This document shows positions 1 to 9,522 of a stretch of 64,000 nt of DNA, piece by piece. Numbering within the stretch: the first letter of the stretch is position 1; each line of letters opens with the position of its first letter. The notes below the pieces were generated by a model. It saw nothing but the letters and a program-made list of their open reading frames with translations, had not been told where the DNA came from and made no database searches. Source of the DNA: an uncultured Dehalococcoidia bacterium. GTDB lineage: Bacteria > Chloroflexota > Dehalococcoidia > DSTF01 > JALHUB01. The DNA lies in the NCBI GenBank assembly GCA_964565775.1, contig CAZMGB010000003.1, positions 139,957 to 203,956 of the forward strand, given 5' to 3'. The translations under genes and the position numbers were made by a program.

Positions 1-4
1 CGCC

Positions 5-1288
5 ATGCTCCTCGCCCGGCACGGCCCGCTCCGAGGCAACACTCCCCGGCTGCTGCTCCAGCTCACTGCGGCGGCGTGCTTCGCGTATGCTGGATGGCTA
101 TGGGTGACCACTCCTGATAGCAGCGCTTTCCTCTACCAGGGTGGCTTCCTCCTTTCCGCGCTCGCGGTCGCGGTCGTGATCGCAGCCGTGGTCCAGCCAC
201 AGGCCGGGCCACTGAGCAGACTGCTCTCCGTCGAGCCACTGCGCCGGCTCGGCCTCATCTCCTATGGCGTCTACTTGTGGCACTGGCCCATCTACCTTGT
301 CCTGACACCCCAACGCACCGGCTTGGACAGCACGAGCCTCCTCGCGCCCAGGGTAGCGCTCACCCTTGCGGTCGCCACCGCCTCCTACTTCCTGCTCGAG
401 ATGCCCATTCGCCGTGGCGCCCTGCGGACGTGGCGACCGTCATGGGCGGTCGCGCCCGCGATGTCCGTCGTGATCGCGGTGGGGCTCGTCGTTTCGACGC
501 GCGGCGGAACACCGCTGCTCCAGTTTGGGAATTTGGTGACCGCGGCTATCAACGGAGACACTGCATCGGCACCCACACGTGTACTCATCGTCGGCGACTC
601 GATAGCCTACACGGTCTCGCCCGGCCTCTACTATCGGCAGGTGGAGCAGAACTTCGCGGTCCAGCGCGCGACGATCGTCGCCTGCGGCATCATCCGCGGT
701 AACGTGCCATACAACAGCAAACCGCGCTACAACGGTTGCAGGAAGCGCCTGGAACTCTGGCGCTCCGAGCTTAAGGAGTTCGACCCCGACGTAGTCGTCG
801 TGCTGAGCGGGTTCTGGGACGCCCGGAACCATGAGGTCGACGGCCGTACGCTCGAGTTCGGCACGCCGGAGGCAGACGAGTACTGGCTTAGCGAGATGAA
901 GGTCGACATCGACCTCCTTTCCTCGCGAGGCGCCCATGTCGTAATCCTTTCATCGCCCTACTTTCCGGAAGACAACCTCCCTGCCGAGCGTATCGATCGG
1001 CTCAACGACCTCTATCGCCAGGCGGCCTGCCAGAATCAGGACTCGGTCACCTTTCTCGACCTCAACCGCTTTCTCTATCCAACGGGTAAATACGCCTCCA
1101 CTATCGACGGCGTTCAAGTGCGCAGTGACGGCTTCCACTTCAGCCTCGAAGGGGCCGACATGGTAGGCGGCTGGCTCGCGCCGAAGATCAGCAGCATCGC
1201 CCATGGCGACGCTGGCACGGCGGGGAGCGTCCTCGCCGCGGACCAGTCGTGCGCTCAGCCCCAAGAGAAGGCCGCGAAGATACACTGA
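5..1288 (+). CDS. Acyltransferase-3 + SGNH domain O-acyltransferase (OafA/OatA-like), 5'-truncated by the window edge
   Basis: TM region with GLISYGVYLWHWPI and SYFLLEMPIRR motifs, then an SGNH domain (VGDS ... DGFH). Confidence 0.9.
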   Translation: MLLARHGPLRGNTPRLLLQLTAAACFAYAGWLWVTTPDSSAFLYQGGFLLSALAVAVVIAAVVQPQAGPLSRLLSVEPLRRLGLISYGVYLWHWPIYLVLTPQRTGLDSTSLLAPRVALTLAVATASYFLLEMPIRRGALRTWRPSWAVAPAMSVVIAVGLVVSTRGGTPLLQFGNLVTAAINGDTASAPTRVLIVGDSIAYTVSPGLYYRQVEQNFAVQRATIVACGIIRGNVPYNSKPRYNGCRKRLELWRSELKEFDPDVVVVLSGFWDARNHEVDGRTLEFGTPEADEYWLSEMKVDIDLLSSRGAHVVILSSPYFPEDNLPAERIDRLNDLYRQAACQNQDSVTFLDLNRFLYPTGKYASTIDGVQVRSDGFHFSLEGADMVGGWLAPKISSIAHGDAGTAGSVLAADQSCAQPQEKAAKIH

Positions 1289-1428
1289 CGGCTCGAGGCG
1301 TATTTCGATTCCTCGACAACGGACTGGGGCGAACGGCCATGCGCCGGAGCCCACCGCTGGCAGCGGCCGGGCGGCTCAGAGGGGCGTAAGCACCGGAACT
1401 TGGCGGATAGACGCCGTGAGCTTCGCCT

Positions 1429-2247
1429 TCAGTCTGGGCTCGCCTGTTCCCCGGCTTCCTTGGGCTGCCAGACGAACACGACGACGTCGGCAAAGCGTGG
1501 CAGACGTGCGGCGAGCAGGTTGAGGGCCCGAAGCGGGACGTTGGCCATCCTGCGGTGGGGTAGGAACGAGAGGAATCGTCCCCAGCCGGGGAAGAGCCAG
1601 AGGAGAGACACCCCGTAGCAGTCGACCTGGTCGAAGCACGGTTCACCCAGCGCGCGGGTGTTGTCGAACGTGCACTCGTACGTGTGGTGCATGGGCACGG
1701 GGCTGTCCCAGACGAAGTGCTTGCTGCGGGCCGGCGGCCACACTGAGCGAACGACACGATCGATCATCCGGCTGCACCGGGTGGAGAAGCTGGCGTAGTT
1801 GTTGACGCTGACAACCGCGCGACCCTTGGGGCGCAACACCGCAGCGAATTCTCGCATCGCCCTCTCGCGATCGACGAAGTGGTCGAGGGCCGACTTGCAG
1901 ATAAGCGAGTCAAACACTCCCGGCTTGAACGGGAGCCATTCGGCGACTCCTCGCACGAGGTTGATTCGCCGTCCTGCCTCTTCGGCGGCTTTCCTCGCCT
2001 CCCGTAGCTGCAGGAGCGATGAGTCCAGGCCCCATCCGTCCCAGGATAGGCCGCTAAGGTACAGGATGTCGCGCCCATCTCCGCACGCCACGTCGAGCAC
2101 ACGCCCCGGCTGACCAGCCGAGGCACTCAGCCGTACCAGCCGGTCCCACACTAAGAAGAGGAAGGCAGTGTCGGGAGTGCGAGGTATGCCGCCGGCAGCA
2201 TCTTCCGAGTGCCAGTGGGTCTGATAAGCCTCTACGTCAACCTTCAT
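1429..2247 (-). CDS. Class I SAM-dependent methyltransferase (type 11)
   Basis: VLDVACGDG motif I, GVAEWLPF, FDSL..ALDH, VLRPKG; start placed at ATG 2247 downstream of the promoter. Confidence 0.85.
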   Translation of the reverse strand: MKVDVEAYQTHWHSEDAAGGIPRTPDTAFLFLVWDRLVRLSASAGQPGRVLDVACGDGRDILYLSGLSWDGWGLDSSLLQLREARKAAEEAGRRINLVRGVAEWLPFKPGVFDSLICKSALDHFVDRERAMREFAAVLRPKGRAVVSVNNYASFSTRCSRMIDRVVRSVWPPARSKHFVWDSPVPMHHTYECTFDNTRALGEPCFDQVDCYGVSLLWLFPGWGRFLSFLPHRRMANVPLRALNLLAARLPRFADVVVFVWQPKEAGEQASPD

Positions 2248-2303
2248 CTGCTTCTCGGCACAGTCAAGGGGGGATGCTCTGATCAAGGCGAAGGACAAAC
2301 GAG

Positions 2304-2332
2304 ATTATACCGGCATCACACCGGTGAATCAA
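2304..2332 (-). promoter_or_regulatory. sigma70-type promoter
   Basis: TTGATT-17bp-TATAAT on the minus strand. Confidence 0.7.
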
Positions 2333-2408
2333 CGGCCGAGCACGGGCGTCTTCCTCAGCGCGCTGGCGGACGCCAGCAAGAGAGACTAAGATATCGACGG
2401 GGTGCACG

Positions 2409-3974
2409 ATGGCCAGCCATACAGCACCGAAGGTCGTAATCATCGGACTCGATGGAGCAGACTGGTCCCTCCTGCGGCCGCTCTTCGCCGACGGGGTCAT
2501 GCCCACCCTGGAGGCGTTCGTGAAAGCGGGCGCCTCGGCCCCCCTTGAGTCAGTGCTGCCGACGAACTCGATGGCGGCGTGGACCTCCCTCATGACGGGC
2601 GTCAACCCGGCCAAGCACGGCGTCTTTTCCTTTGTTCGGAGGTCTGATACCCCGTTCAGCAACCCGGTCACCAACTCCACCTGCATCCGCTTCCCCACCG
2701 TCTGCGAGACGCTGACAGGCGCCGGACTCCGCTCTTGCGTCATCGACATGCCGCCGTTCTATCCACCCTTCGAGATCAACGGCGTCATGCTGGGCGGAAT
2801 GGGCGTCCTGGGCCCGCACGCGCTCTCCTATCCGCAAGAGGCGGCGACCGCGCTGCTCGAGAAGGCCGGCGGTTATGCCGACGACGTGCCCTGGATGGAG
2901 TACCAGGGCCGCAGCGAGGAGCTAGTCGAGCGCCTCGTGGCGCTGACGGAGAACCGACTTCGCATTGCTGAGGTCATGCTCGATGAGCAGCCGTTCGACC
3001 TGTTCTGCGTGGTGTTCGTGGCCGCCGACCGCCTCCAGCATGCCTTCTGCCGCGAGCTGATGGAGCGCGGCCCGCACTACGCAATCGCCAGGCAGCTCTA
3101 TGCGGCCCTCGATGACGTCCTGGCCCGCCTTCTCGACCGCATCGACACCACGCAGACCGATGTGCTCATGGTGTCCGACCACGGCTTCAGGCCCGTGAGC
3201 AAGATGGTCGGCGTCAATCAGATCCTCGCCGAAGCCGGCCTCGTGCGCTCGACGTGGCTTGAGCGACTGGCGGGCAGCGTCATGCCCCTGGCACTCCGGC
3301 TGCCGGACCGCTTTCAGAAGCGGATCTTCAAGTTCCTGGAGCAGGCACGCTGGGGGTCTCAGCGAAGGCTCCTCCCGGGGAGCGCCGCCTACAGCGACAT
3401 CGCGGACACCGTCAACGTCAACCTCAGGGGAAGGGAGACGACGGGCTCGGTATCCGAGTCTGACTTTGAGCAGGTAAGAGACACCGTCGCCGCCAAACTG
3501 ACGGAGTTCCGCGACCCGTCGACGGGCCAGGCGCCGGTCAAGCGCGCGGTCAAGAGAGAGGACTACTTCCACGGGGAGTTCGCCGCTGAGGCACCTGACC
3601 TGACCCTGGAGTACGGAGACGGCTACGCGTATATCGGCGCCCTCGGCAGAACCCTCTGGGAGTGGCGCTGGCTGCAGGGAGTCCATTCCAGCAACGGCAT
3701 CATCGCGTGCCTGGGGCCACACTTTCGACGGGGAGCAGAGGCACCGACCGTGAGCATCCTCGACGTCGCACCGACGGTGCTATCGCTGCTGGAGGTGGCG
3801 CCACCCGCCGGCGTCGACGGGCGCGTCCCCGATGAGCTGGTCGCCCGCCCCGCACCGCCGGCCAGGCGCCGGGAAGCCCGCCCGCCTCAACCCAGAGAAG
3901 AGCCGACACCGTACAGCGAGGAAGAAGAGGCCCAGATCAAAGAACGGTTGCGCGGCCTCGGCTACATCGAATAG
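2409..3974 (+). CDS. Alkaline phosphatase superfamily (NPP/type I phosphodiesterase-like) protein
   Basis: IGLDGA, SVLPTNSMAAWTSLMTG, DRLQH, VSDHGF, GVHS, DVAPT; C-terminal YSEEEE..ERLRGLGYIE. Confidence 0.9.
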   Translation: MASHTAPKVVIIGLDGADWSLLRPLFADGVMPTLEAFVKAGASAPLESVLPTNSMAAWTSLMTGVNPAKHGVFSFVRRSDTPFSNPVTNSTCIRFPTVCETLTGAGLRSCVIDMPPFYPPFEINGVMLGGMGVLGPHALSYPQEAATALLEKAGGYADDVPWMEYQGRSEELVERLVALTENRLRIAEVMLDEQPFDLFCVVFVAADRLQHAFCRELMERGPHYAIARQLYAALDDVLARLLDRIDTTQTDVLMVSDHGFRPVSKMVGVNQILAEAGLVRSTWLERLAGSVMPLALRLPDRFQKRIFKFLEQARWGSQRRLLPGSAAYSDIADTVNVNLRGRETTGSVSESDFEQVRDTVAAKLTEFRDPSTGQAPVKRAVKREDYFHGEFAAEAPDLTLEYGDGYAYIGALGRTLWEWRWLQGVHSSNGIIACLGPHFRRGAEAPTVSILDVAPTVLSLLEVAPPAGVDGRVPDELVARPAPPARRREARPPQPREEPTPYSEEEEAQIKERLRGLGYIE

Positions 3975-4002
3975 CGCCGCCTCGGCCCGCAGCATGTGCA
4001 GC

Positions 4003-5370
4003 CTAGCCGAAGAGCCGTTTCCAGATGCGGTACAGCGGATTGCGTCTCAGGGCCCGCGCCAGCGACGCCGCCTCCGTGCTCTGCTCCAGGGCCTGCAGTT
4101 GCATCCGGGCCAGCTCCTCCAGCCGGGCCTCCGTTGCCTTGAGGTCCGCGTGAACGCCGTCGAACCCTGATCTGATGACGGACGCCAGGTAGCGTATCTG
4201 CTCCCAGCGCTGCTCCTCCGCCCGAGCGATAAGCGCAGCGGTCTCGTCTGCGCCCCTGCCCGCCGAAGGACCCGCGACGCGGAGGTCGGCTCCTCCGGGC
4301 GATTCCATCCTGGCCGCGAGCGACACCGCATCACGGGGCGAGCGACAGTAGACCTGAAAGCAGAGACTGCCTGCCGCTGGCTCCCCGTCGATAGAGAGCT
4401 GTCCCTCCTTGTAGACCGTCTCGTCGCTCGCCATGGCGGTCACACCCTGGCCAGGAACGCCATCGGGTGACTCCAAGGTCAGGACATAGCGGCGCCCCGC
4501 TGATTCGACCTGCGGGGGTACGGGAATGAACGTCCAGGCCTCATCTATGATGTGGGGGGCGAAGAGCCGGTAAGTCGCGATCTCCTCCTGCGACCCCTCT
4601 GCCTCGCGGACGCTGAACAGAACGTGGCAGGAGCTCACCCGCCCGAAGTTCGACATCTTGACATCGATGCGGCTCATGTTGCTGCTCGGGCAGACGAAGC
4701 TCTGCGCGATCGTCCGCCCCTGCTCCAGCTCCGGCAGACGGCGATCGGCGACCCTCTGGGCGACGGCAACGACGGACGCCTGCCACGCCAGGAGGGGACC
4801 TCCATACGTCATCTCGGGCCATCGGGTTTCGATCGCCTGCACGGCGGCCCGGAATGCCTCGCCGGGGCCATCGTCGTCGGACGCCCGCATCCCGATGCCG
4901 AGCACCGTGTGCGGGAACTCAGCGTCGCCCTGTGAGAAGACGGTGCGGGGAGCCAGCGTACAGAGCAGATAGTCGAAGGCCGCCGGCGTGAAACGCCAGT
5001 AGTCGGACGGAAAGCTGTGAATCGGAAAGTTCATCACGGACGTCAGCAGCACGATGCCGCCCGGCCTCACCACACGGCACGCCTCTTGCACCGCCACGAA
5101 GGGACTCTGGAGATGCTCCAGGGTATCGAGCAGGAGGACGGTCCCGACCGATGCGTCATGGAACGGGAGGCGGTGCGCGTCCACCAGACAGTCCACCCCG
5201 GCGCCCGCGCGCATGTCGCACCCGACGTGGAGACGCCCGGAGAACAGCGGCCTCGTGTCAGCGTAAGATTCCTGCCCCTCCGTCTGCAGCGCCCCGATCT
5301 CCACCACGGGTCCCGGTACATCGAGGACCTCGGTTAGCAGCTTCAGGAAATGCTTGACGTTGTCGCGCAT
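4003..5370 (-). CDS. Methyltransferase + beta-sandwich domain + C-terminal coiled coil (glycan capping/chain-length type)
   Basis: VVEIGA, GCDMRAGAGVD, TLEHL, HSFPSDYWRFT; IAQSFVC domain; heptad-rich tail ending RRNPLYRIWKRLF; real start MRDNVK at 5370. Confidence 0.8.
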   Translation of the reverse strand: MRDNVKHFLKLLTEVLDVPGPVVEIGALQTEGQESYADTRPLFSGRLHVGCDMRAGAGVDCLVDAHRLPFHDASVGTVLLLDTLEHLQSPFVAVQEACRVVRPGGIVLLTSVMNFPIHSFPSDYWRFTPAAFDYLLCTLAPRTVFSQGDAEFPHTVLGIGMRASDDDGPGEAFRAAVQAIETRWPEMTYGGPLLAWQASVVAVAQRVADRRLPELEQGRTIAQSFVCPSSNMSRIDVKMSNFGRVSSCHVLFSVREAEGSQEEIATYRLFAPHIIDEAWTFIPVPPQVESAGRRYVLTLESPDGVPGQGVTAMASDETVYKEGQLSIDGEPAAGSLCFQVYCRSPRDAVSLAARMESPGGADLRVAGPSAGRGADETAALIARAEEQRWEQIRYLASVIRSGFDGVHADLKATEARLEELARMQLQALEQSTEAASLARALRRNPLYRIWKRLFG

Positions 5371-5426
5371 CCGTACCCCCTTCCCCGGCCGACAGCATGC
5401 CCGGCGAGGGGAATGATACCAGTTCT

Positions 5427-7862
5427 TCAGGCCCGCTGGCGGACGGCCATCAGGCCCAGCGCCGCTGATGCCGCGGCATAGCAGAGACAACCCACCCAGA
5501 ACGCAGTGGAGATGCCCCAGCTCAGGGCGATGGCCACCGCCAGAACGGAGGCGCAGACGGACGTAGCGCCGTTGATCCCCCAGAAGAAGACGGTGGGCGA
5601 GTTCGGCCTCAGGGACGCCACCTTCATTCCAACGGGAAACGGCATGCCCATGACAAGCCCCATAGGGATCAGTATAAGGGCGGCGATCAGGATCCGAACC
5701 GTAGTCGTCGCGCCCTCGAAACGGTCGATCGCTCCCGGCGTTAGGAACCCGGTAGCTACCAGAACCAGCAGCAAGACGACAAAAGGCCACAAGAGCCGGG
5801 GTCGCAGACCCGGGTTGACCATCCGTTCGGTGGCCAGGCTCCCGACGCCGCTGGCGAGCAGGAGGGAAAACAGGACCACGGAGAGCGCGTAGGTGGGATG
5901 CCCCAAGAAGATGATGAGCCGTTGCATCTGCGAGATCTCGAGCAGCATGAAGCCCAGCCCGATGCCGGCGAAGAACACGAGCAGGGGCACCATGCCCTTC
6001 AGGGCCTGCCGCCTCGTAGACCTCAGGAGCGGGAAGACGATGCAAAGGGCCGTAAGCCCCAGCACCGCCAGGCTCAGGCTGAACAGCACGAGCACCGGCC
6101 GGGTTAGGTAGGCAATGCCGAGCGCATAGAGGGAGCTATCGAAGAGGTCCTGGAAACGGATCATCTGGAAGAAGAAGGGCCGGTCGTCCGTCGGCGGTGA
6201 GATGTCGGCCGGGAAGCCAAGCCGCACTGATCCCGGATCGTCGGTCTGCGCGATCTCGGCGAAGATGGGGTCGCTGCCGGAGTCGCCCGGCGCCAGCACC
6301 ACCTCGAACTGCATGTCCCGGGCGACGCTCTCGATCTCCATGACATCGGACGTACTGAAAGGCTCGCGGCTGACGAGAATGGTGCCTACGGCGATGTTGG
6401 TGCCCCAAAGCCTGGGCGCACTCTGGCTCTTGACCAGCATGATGTGGTCCTGGGGACGCTCAGCGCCGGCGCGGCGCAGTGCCTCGGCCGCCAGGGCCGT
6501 GAGGCGGTACGCTTCCAGGGGCTCCTTGTCGAGGTACCAGCGAGAGACGCTGAGAACTCCCCTGTCGGTGAGGTGGCGGAGGAAGGTATCCCACGCCTCG
6601 ACGGTGTAGAGGGAATTCTCCGAGAGGGCGAAGGCGCCGGCAGCGGTTGCAGCCCACGTGTCGATAAGGGAGACCTGTATGATATCGAAGCTCTTATCCG
6701 AGCGGGAGAGATAGCTCCGGGCCTCGTCGTGGACAAATCTAACGCCAGGTTGACGGTCCAGGTGGCCGGAGAAGTCACCAAAGTCTCCATTGACGGCCTC
6801 CAGGATATCCCCGTTCAGCTCGACAGCCGTAACGGACGGTTGGTCGAAGGCCAGTGCGGAGAGCACGTCTCTGCCTCCGCCGCTGCCGATGACGAACACG
6901 TCCGCGTTAGGCCGGATGTAGTGCACAAGATTGGTCACGTCATACTTCAGGTATTCGATGCTCTTGGGATCCCCGTTGTACGCGGTGATGACCGTACCGG
7001 CTGAGGCATCGATGCTGAGGAGAAGCTGCCGCACTTCGGCGCCGCCGGAGTAGCTGCTACTCATCCCCCAGCCCCAAGGCGGACCGGACAGCGACGGGTC
7101 TCCGGCGATCCTTATCCGTGAGAAGGCATTCCACTTCTCAAAGGCTGCGGTGTCCTCCGCAGACCCCTTCACCCAGCGCACGCGCAGGACGGGGTGGTGG
7201 TGCTGCGCCAGGGCAGCATTCCCGACGGCCATCCAGGCAAACAGGAGCATGGCACCAGTCGCAACGGCCAAGGCCCGCGAGCGGGCGGCGCTCTCGGCGA
7301 ACAACATGGCGCCGACCGCTGATACGGCCGCGATGGCAAGCACAGCCGATGGCGCGTCCTCGAGGCGGTCGAGGAGCCAGATCAGCGTCACTGTCCCCAG
7401 GGCCGCCCCTACCAGGTCGACGGCGTATAGCCTGCTGACCTGATGAGCGAACCTGGTCAATACCAGGCTGACGATGACGCCGCTGAATATGAAGGGCACG
7501 GAGATCACGAGGTACGTGAAGGCGACTGAGTACACACTTACCAGGGACCACTCGGGATCGAAGGGGATCACAAGTTGCGTCATGAAGCTGAGGACGATCG
7601 CGACGCTGAAGAGCAGGGAGGCCTGGGATAGCCGCTCCTTCGTCAGCTCGACAGGAAAGTGCTGCGGCGCCAGGTAGACGATAAGGGCTCCGACCGTCAT
7701 GCCGAAGAGGGCGACGGAGACGGCGACGAAAGCGAAGTGGTACCACATGGTGACGCTGAAGATGCGAGTCAGGAGGATCTCGTACATCAGCGTGCTGAGC
7801 GTGGTGAAGAACAGCCCGCCGTAGGTGCTCAGTCCTACCTGCTGGCGTTCAGCGATCGCCAC
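5427..7862 (-). CDS. Polytopic membrane protein with central spermidine-synthase-like SAM-binding domain
   Basis: N- and C-terminal TM bundles (LYAVDLVGAALG; MGMPFP; WGING) around VIGSGGGRDV, VELN, DEARSYL, FDII, TDDRPFF. Confidence 0.85.
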   Translation of the reverse strand: MAIAERQQVGLSTYGGLFFTTLSTLMYEILLTRIFSVTMWYHFAFVAVSVALFGMTVGALIVYLAPQHFPVELTKERLSQASLLFSVAIVLSFMTQLVIPFDPEWSLVSVYSVAFTYLVISVPFIFSGVIVSLVLTRFAHQVSRLYAVDLVGAALGTVTLIWLLDRLEDAPSAVLAIAAVSAVGAMLFAESAARSRALAVATGAMLLFAWMAVGNAALAQHHHPVLRVRWVKGSAEDTAAFEKWNAFSRIRIAGDPSLSGPPWGWGMSSSYSGGAEVRQLLLSIDASAGTVITAYNGDPKSIEYLKYDVTNLVHYIRPNADVFVIGSGGGRDVLSALAFDQPSVTAVELNGDILEAVNGDFGDFSGHLDRQPGVRFVHDEARSYLSRSDKSFDIIQVSLIDTWAATAAGAFALSENSLYTVEAWDTFLRHLTDRGVLSVSRWYLDKEPLEAYRLTALAAEALRRAGAERPQDHIMLVKSQSAPRLWGTNIAVGTILVSREPFSTSDVMEIESVARDMQFEVVLAPGDSGSDPIFAEIAQTDDPGSVRLGFPADISPPTDDRPFFFQMIRFQDLFDSSLYALGIAYLTRPVLVLFSLSLAVLGLTALCIVFPLLRSTRRQALKGMVPLLVFFAGIGLGFMLLEISQMQRLIIFLGHPTYALSVVLFSLLLASGVGSLATERMVNPGLRPRLLWPFVVLLLVLVATGFLTPGAIDRFEGATTTVRILIAALILIPMGLVMGMPFPVGMKVASLRPNSPTVFFWGINGATSVCASVLAVAIALSWGISTAFWVGCLCYAAASAALGLMAVRQRA

Positions 7863-8004
7863 GTGTGAACGTCCTCCGCTCAGCTACGTAGAACGCGCTC
7901 GACCACGAATCGCCACGGGACGCCAAGACCGTCGCTTCTCAAGGCGAGCGCGTCTGCAGCTCCCCGTGGCGCCATGGCGAGCGCATGACGGGGACGGATC
8001 CGGA

Positions 8005-9393
8005 TCAACCGATCGGCCGCCCTACCATCTGCGAGGGGATAGGGTACCCGAGTAGGTCAAGCACCGTTGGGCCACAGTCGACGAGGCGCAGACCTTCCAG
8101 CCTCCGGCCTCCCTCCAGCCCCGGCGCCCTCATAATGAACAGCCCTTCCTCGGCGTGGTTCGCCTCGTCGGGGCCGGTGTCGTTTTCGTAGGTGTGGATG
8201 GTGCCGGTGCCCACGCTGCCCACCGAACGCCAGCGCAGATCTCCGAAGTAGACGAGCAGGTCCGGTGGGATGTTCCGCTGCTCGCGATAGATCTCCTCCG
8301 GCTTGAACACGCGGGTTCCCAGGTTGTTGCCGTCTTCGTCGGGCATGGCGACGAGCTTGGCCGTCAGCTCATCGCGGAGCGCATCGTACTCCTCAGGCGC
8401 CACGATGCCTTCTGGCTCGCGGTCGCGGACGTTGAGGAAGATGCGAGCGTAGTAGCCGCCTTCGCCCCACGCTCTCGTCCGGCTCCAGTCCACGTTCTCC
8501 ATCGAGAGGCGTGCCCGCTCCGCCGGCGCGCTCCTCAGGGTGAGGTAGCCCTCCTGCATGAGCCACTCGTTCACGCAGATCCCGCCCTGCATGACCTTCG
8601 CGCCGTGGTCGGAGTAGACCAGCACGGCCGCCTCGTCGTCCAGCTCCCGAAGAACCGCGCCGACTTCCTGGTCCACCAGCTTGTAGTAGTCCCGGGTAGC
8701 GTTCTCGAAGGGGTTACCGGGCCGGTAGAGGCGGTGAGCCTCGTCGAAGTACTGCCAGAATCCGTGGTGCATCCGGTCGATCCCGATCTCGACCATCATG
8801 GCGAACTGGCAGCGGCGGGTCTTCAGGAGGTGGCGGAAGAGAGCGAACCGGCGTTGCGTCATGTCCCGCACCTGGGCCAGGAGGCGCTCCTTCTCCTCCG
8901 TCCGGAAGTTGTCGACGTCGACCGCGTACTCCCCCACAGTGGCGCGGATCTCGTCCCGCAGCTCAGAGGGGTAGGTATAGTTGCTGCTCGTGCTCGGGGT
9001 GAGGAAACAGCCTACCATACAGCCGTTGACGGCCCGCGGCGGGTAGCCGGGCGGAACAGCCAGCACGATCACCTGCCCGCCGGCCTTCGAGACAATGTCC
9101 CAGACGGCTTCCTCACGCACGGACGCGGAGCTGGCGATGCCCAGCGCGCCGTAGGAATAGTCTTTGCGATTGCGAAACCCGTAGATGCCAAGCTGGCCAG
9201 GGTCACGACTCGTCGTCGAGCAGGCCCACGCCGGAACGGTGATGGCGGGCACCACGCTCTGAAGCTCGCCCCAGACCCCCTCCGCCATCAGCCGTGGGAG
9301 GTACTCAAGATCGCCCGCAAACCGGTCGAAGACGAGCTGGGGCGCCGCGCAGTCGAGCCCCAGAACCACTACGCGCCGTGCGTTGCCCGACAC
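8005..9393 (-). CDS. Alkaline phosphatase superfamily (NPP-like) protein
   Basis: LGLDCA, SVVPAITVPAW, DRMHH, SDHGA, GPDEANH. Confidence 0.9.
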   Translation of the reverse strand: MSGNARRVVVLGLDCAAPQLVFDRFAGDLEYLPRLMAEGVWGELQSVVPAITVPAWACSTTSRDPGQLGIYGFRNRKDYSYGALGIASSASVREEAVWDIVSKAGGQVIVLAVPPGYPPRAVNGCMVGCFLTPSTSSNYTYPSELRDEIRATVGEYAVDVDNFRTEEKERLLAQVRDMTQRRFALFRHLLKTRRCQFAMMVEIGIDRMHHGFWQYFDEAHRLYRPGNPFENATRDYYKLVDQEVGAVLRELDDEAAVLVYSDHGAKVMQGGICVNEWLMQEGYLTLRSAPAERARLSMENVDWSRTRAWGEGGYYARIFLNVRDREPEGIVAPEEYDALRDELTAKLVAMPDEDGNNLGTRVFKPEEIYREQRNIPPDLLVYFGDLRWRSVGSVGTGTIHTYENDTGPDEANHAEEGLFIMRAPGLEGGRRLEGLRLVDCGPTVLDLLGYPIPSQMVGRPIG

Positions 9394-9446
9394 AATTCAC
9401 CACCGGTTCAACTGGTCGAATCGGCGCCTGCCGCCGCGCAATTCGA

Positions 9447-9475
9447 AGTGTAGGCACCGCACTATGGCAAGTCAA
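9447..9475 (-). promoter_or_regulatory. sigma70-type promoter
   Basis: TTGACT-17bp-TACACT. Confidence 0.6.
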
Positions 9476-9522
9476 GCATTACCCGCGCGCTCGGGGAGGA
9501 GACCGCCGGCATCGCCGCGTCG

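Noticed and set aside
5371-6045. N-terminal extension of the 680-aa ORF
   Set aside because: Overlaps the 811-aa membrane gene in another frame; homology-like sequence starts at 5370
2409-9393. AlkP proteins as formylglycine sulfatases matured by the radical SAM enzyme
   Set aside because: No C/S-x-P-x-R motif in any paralog
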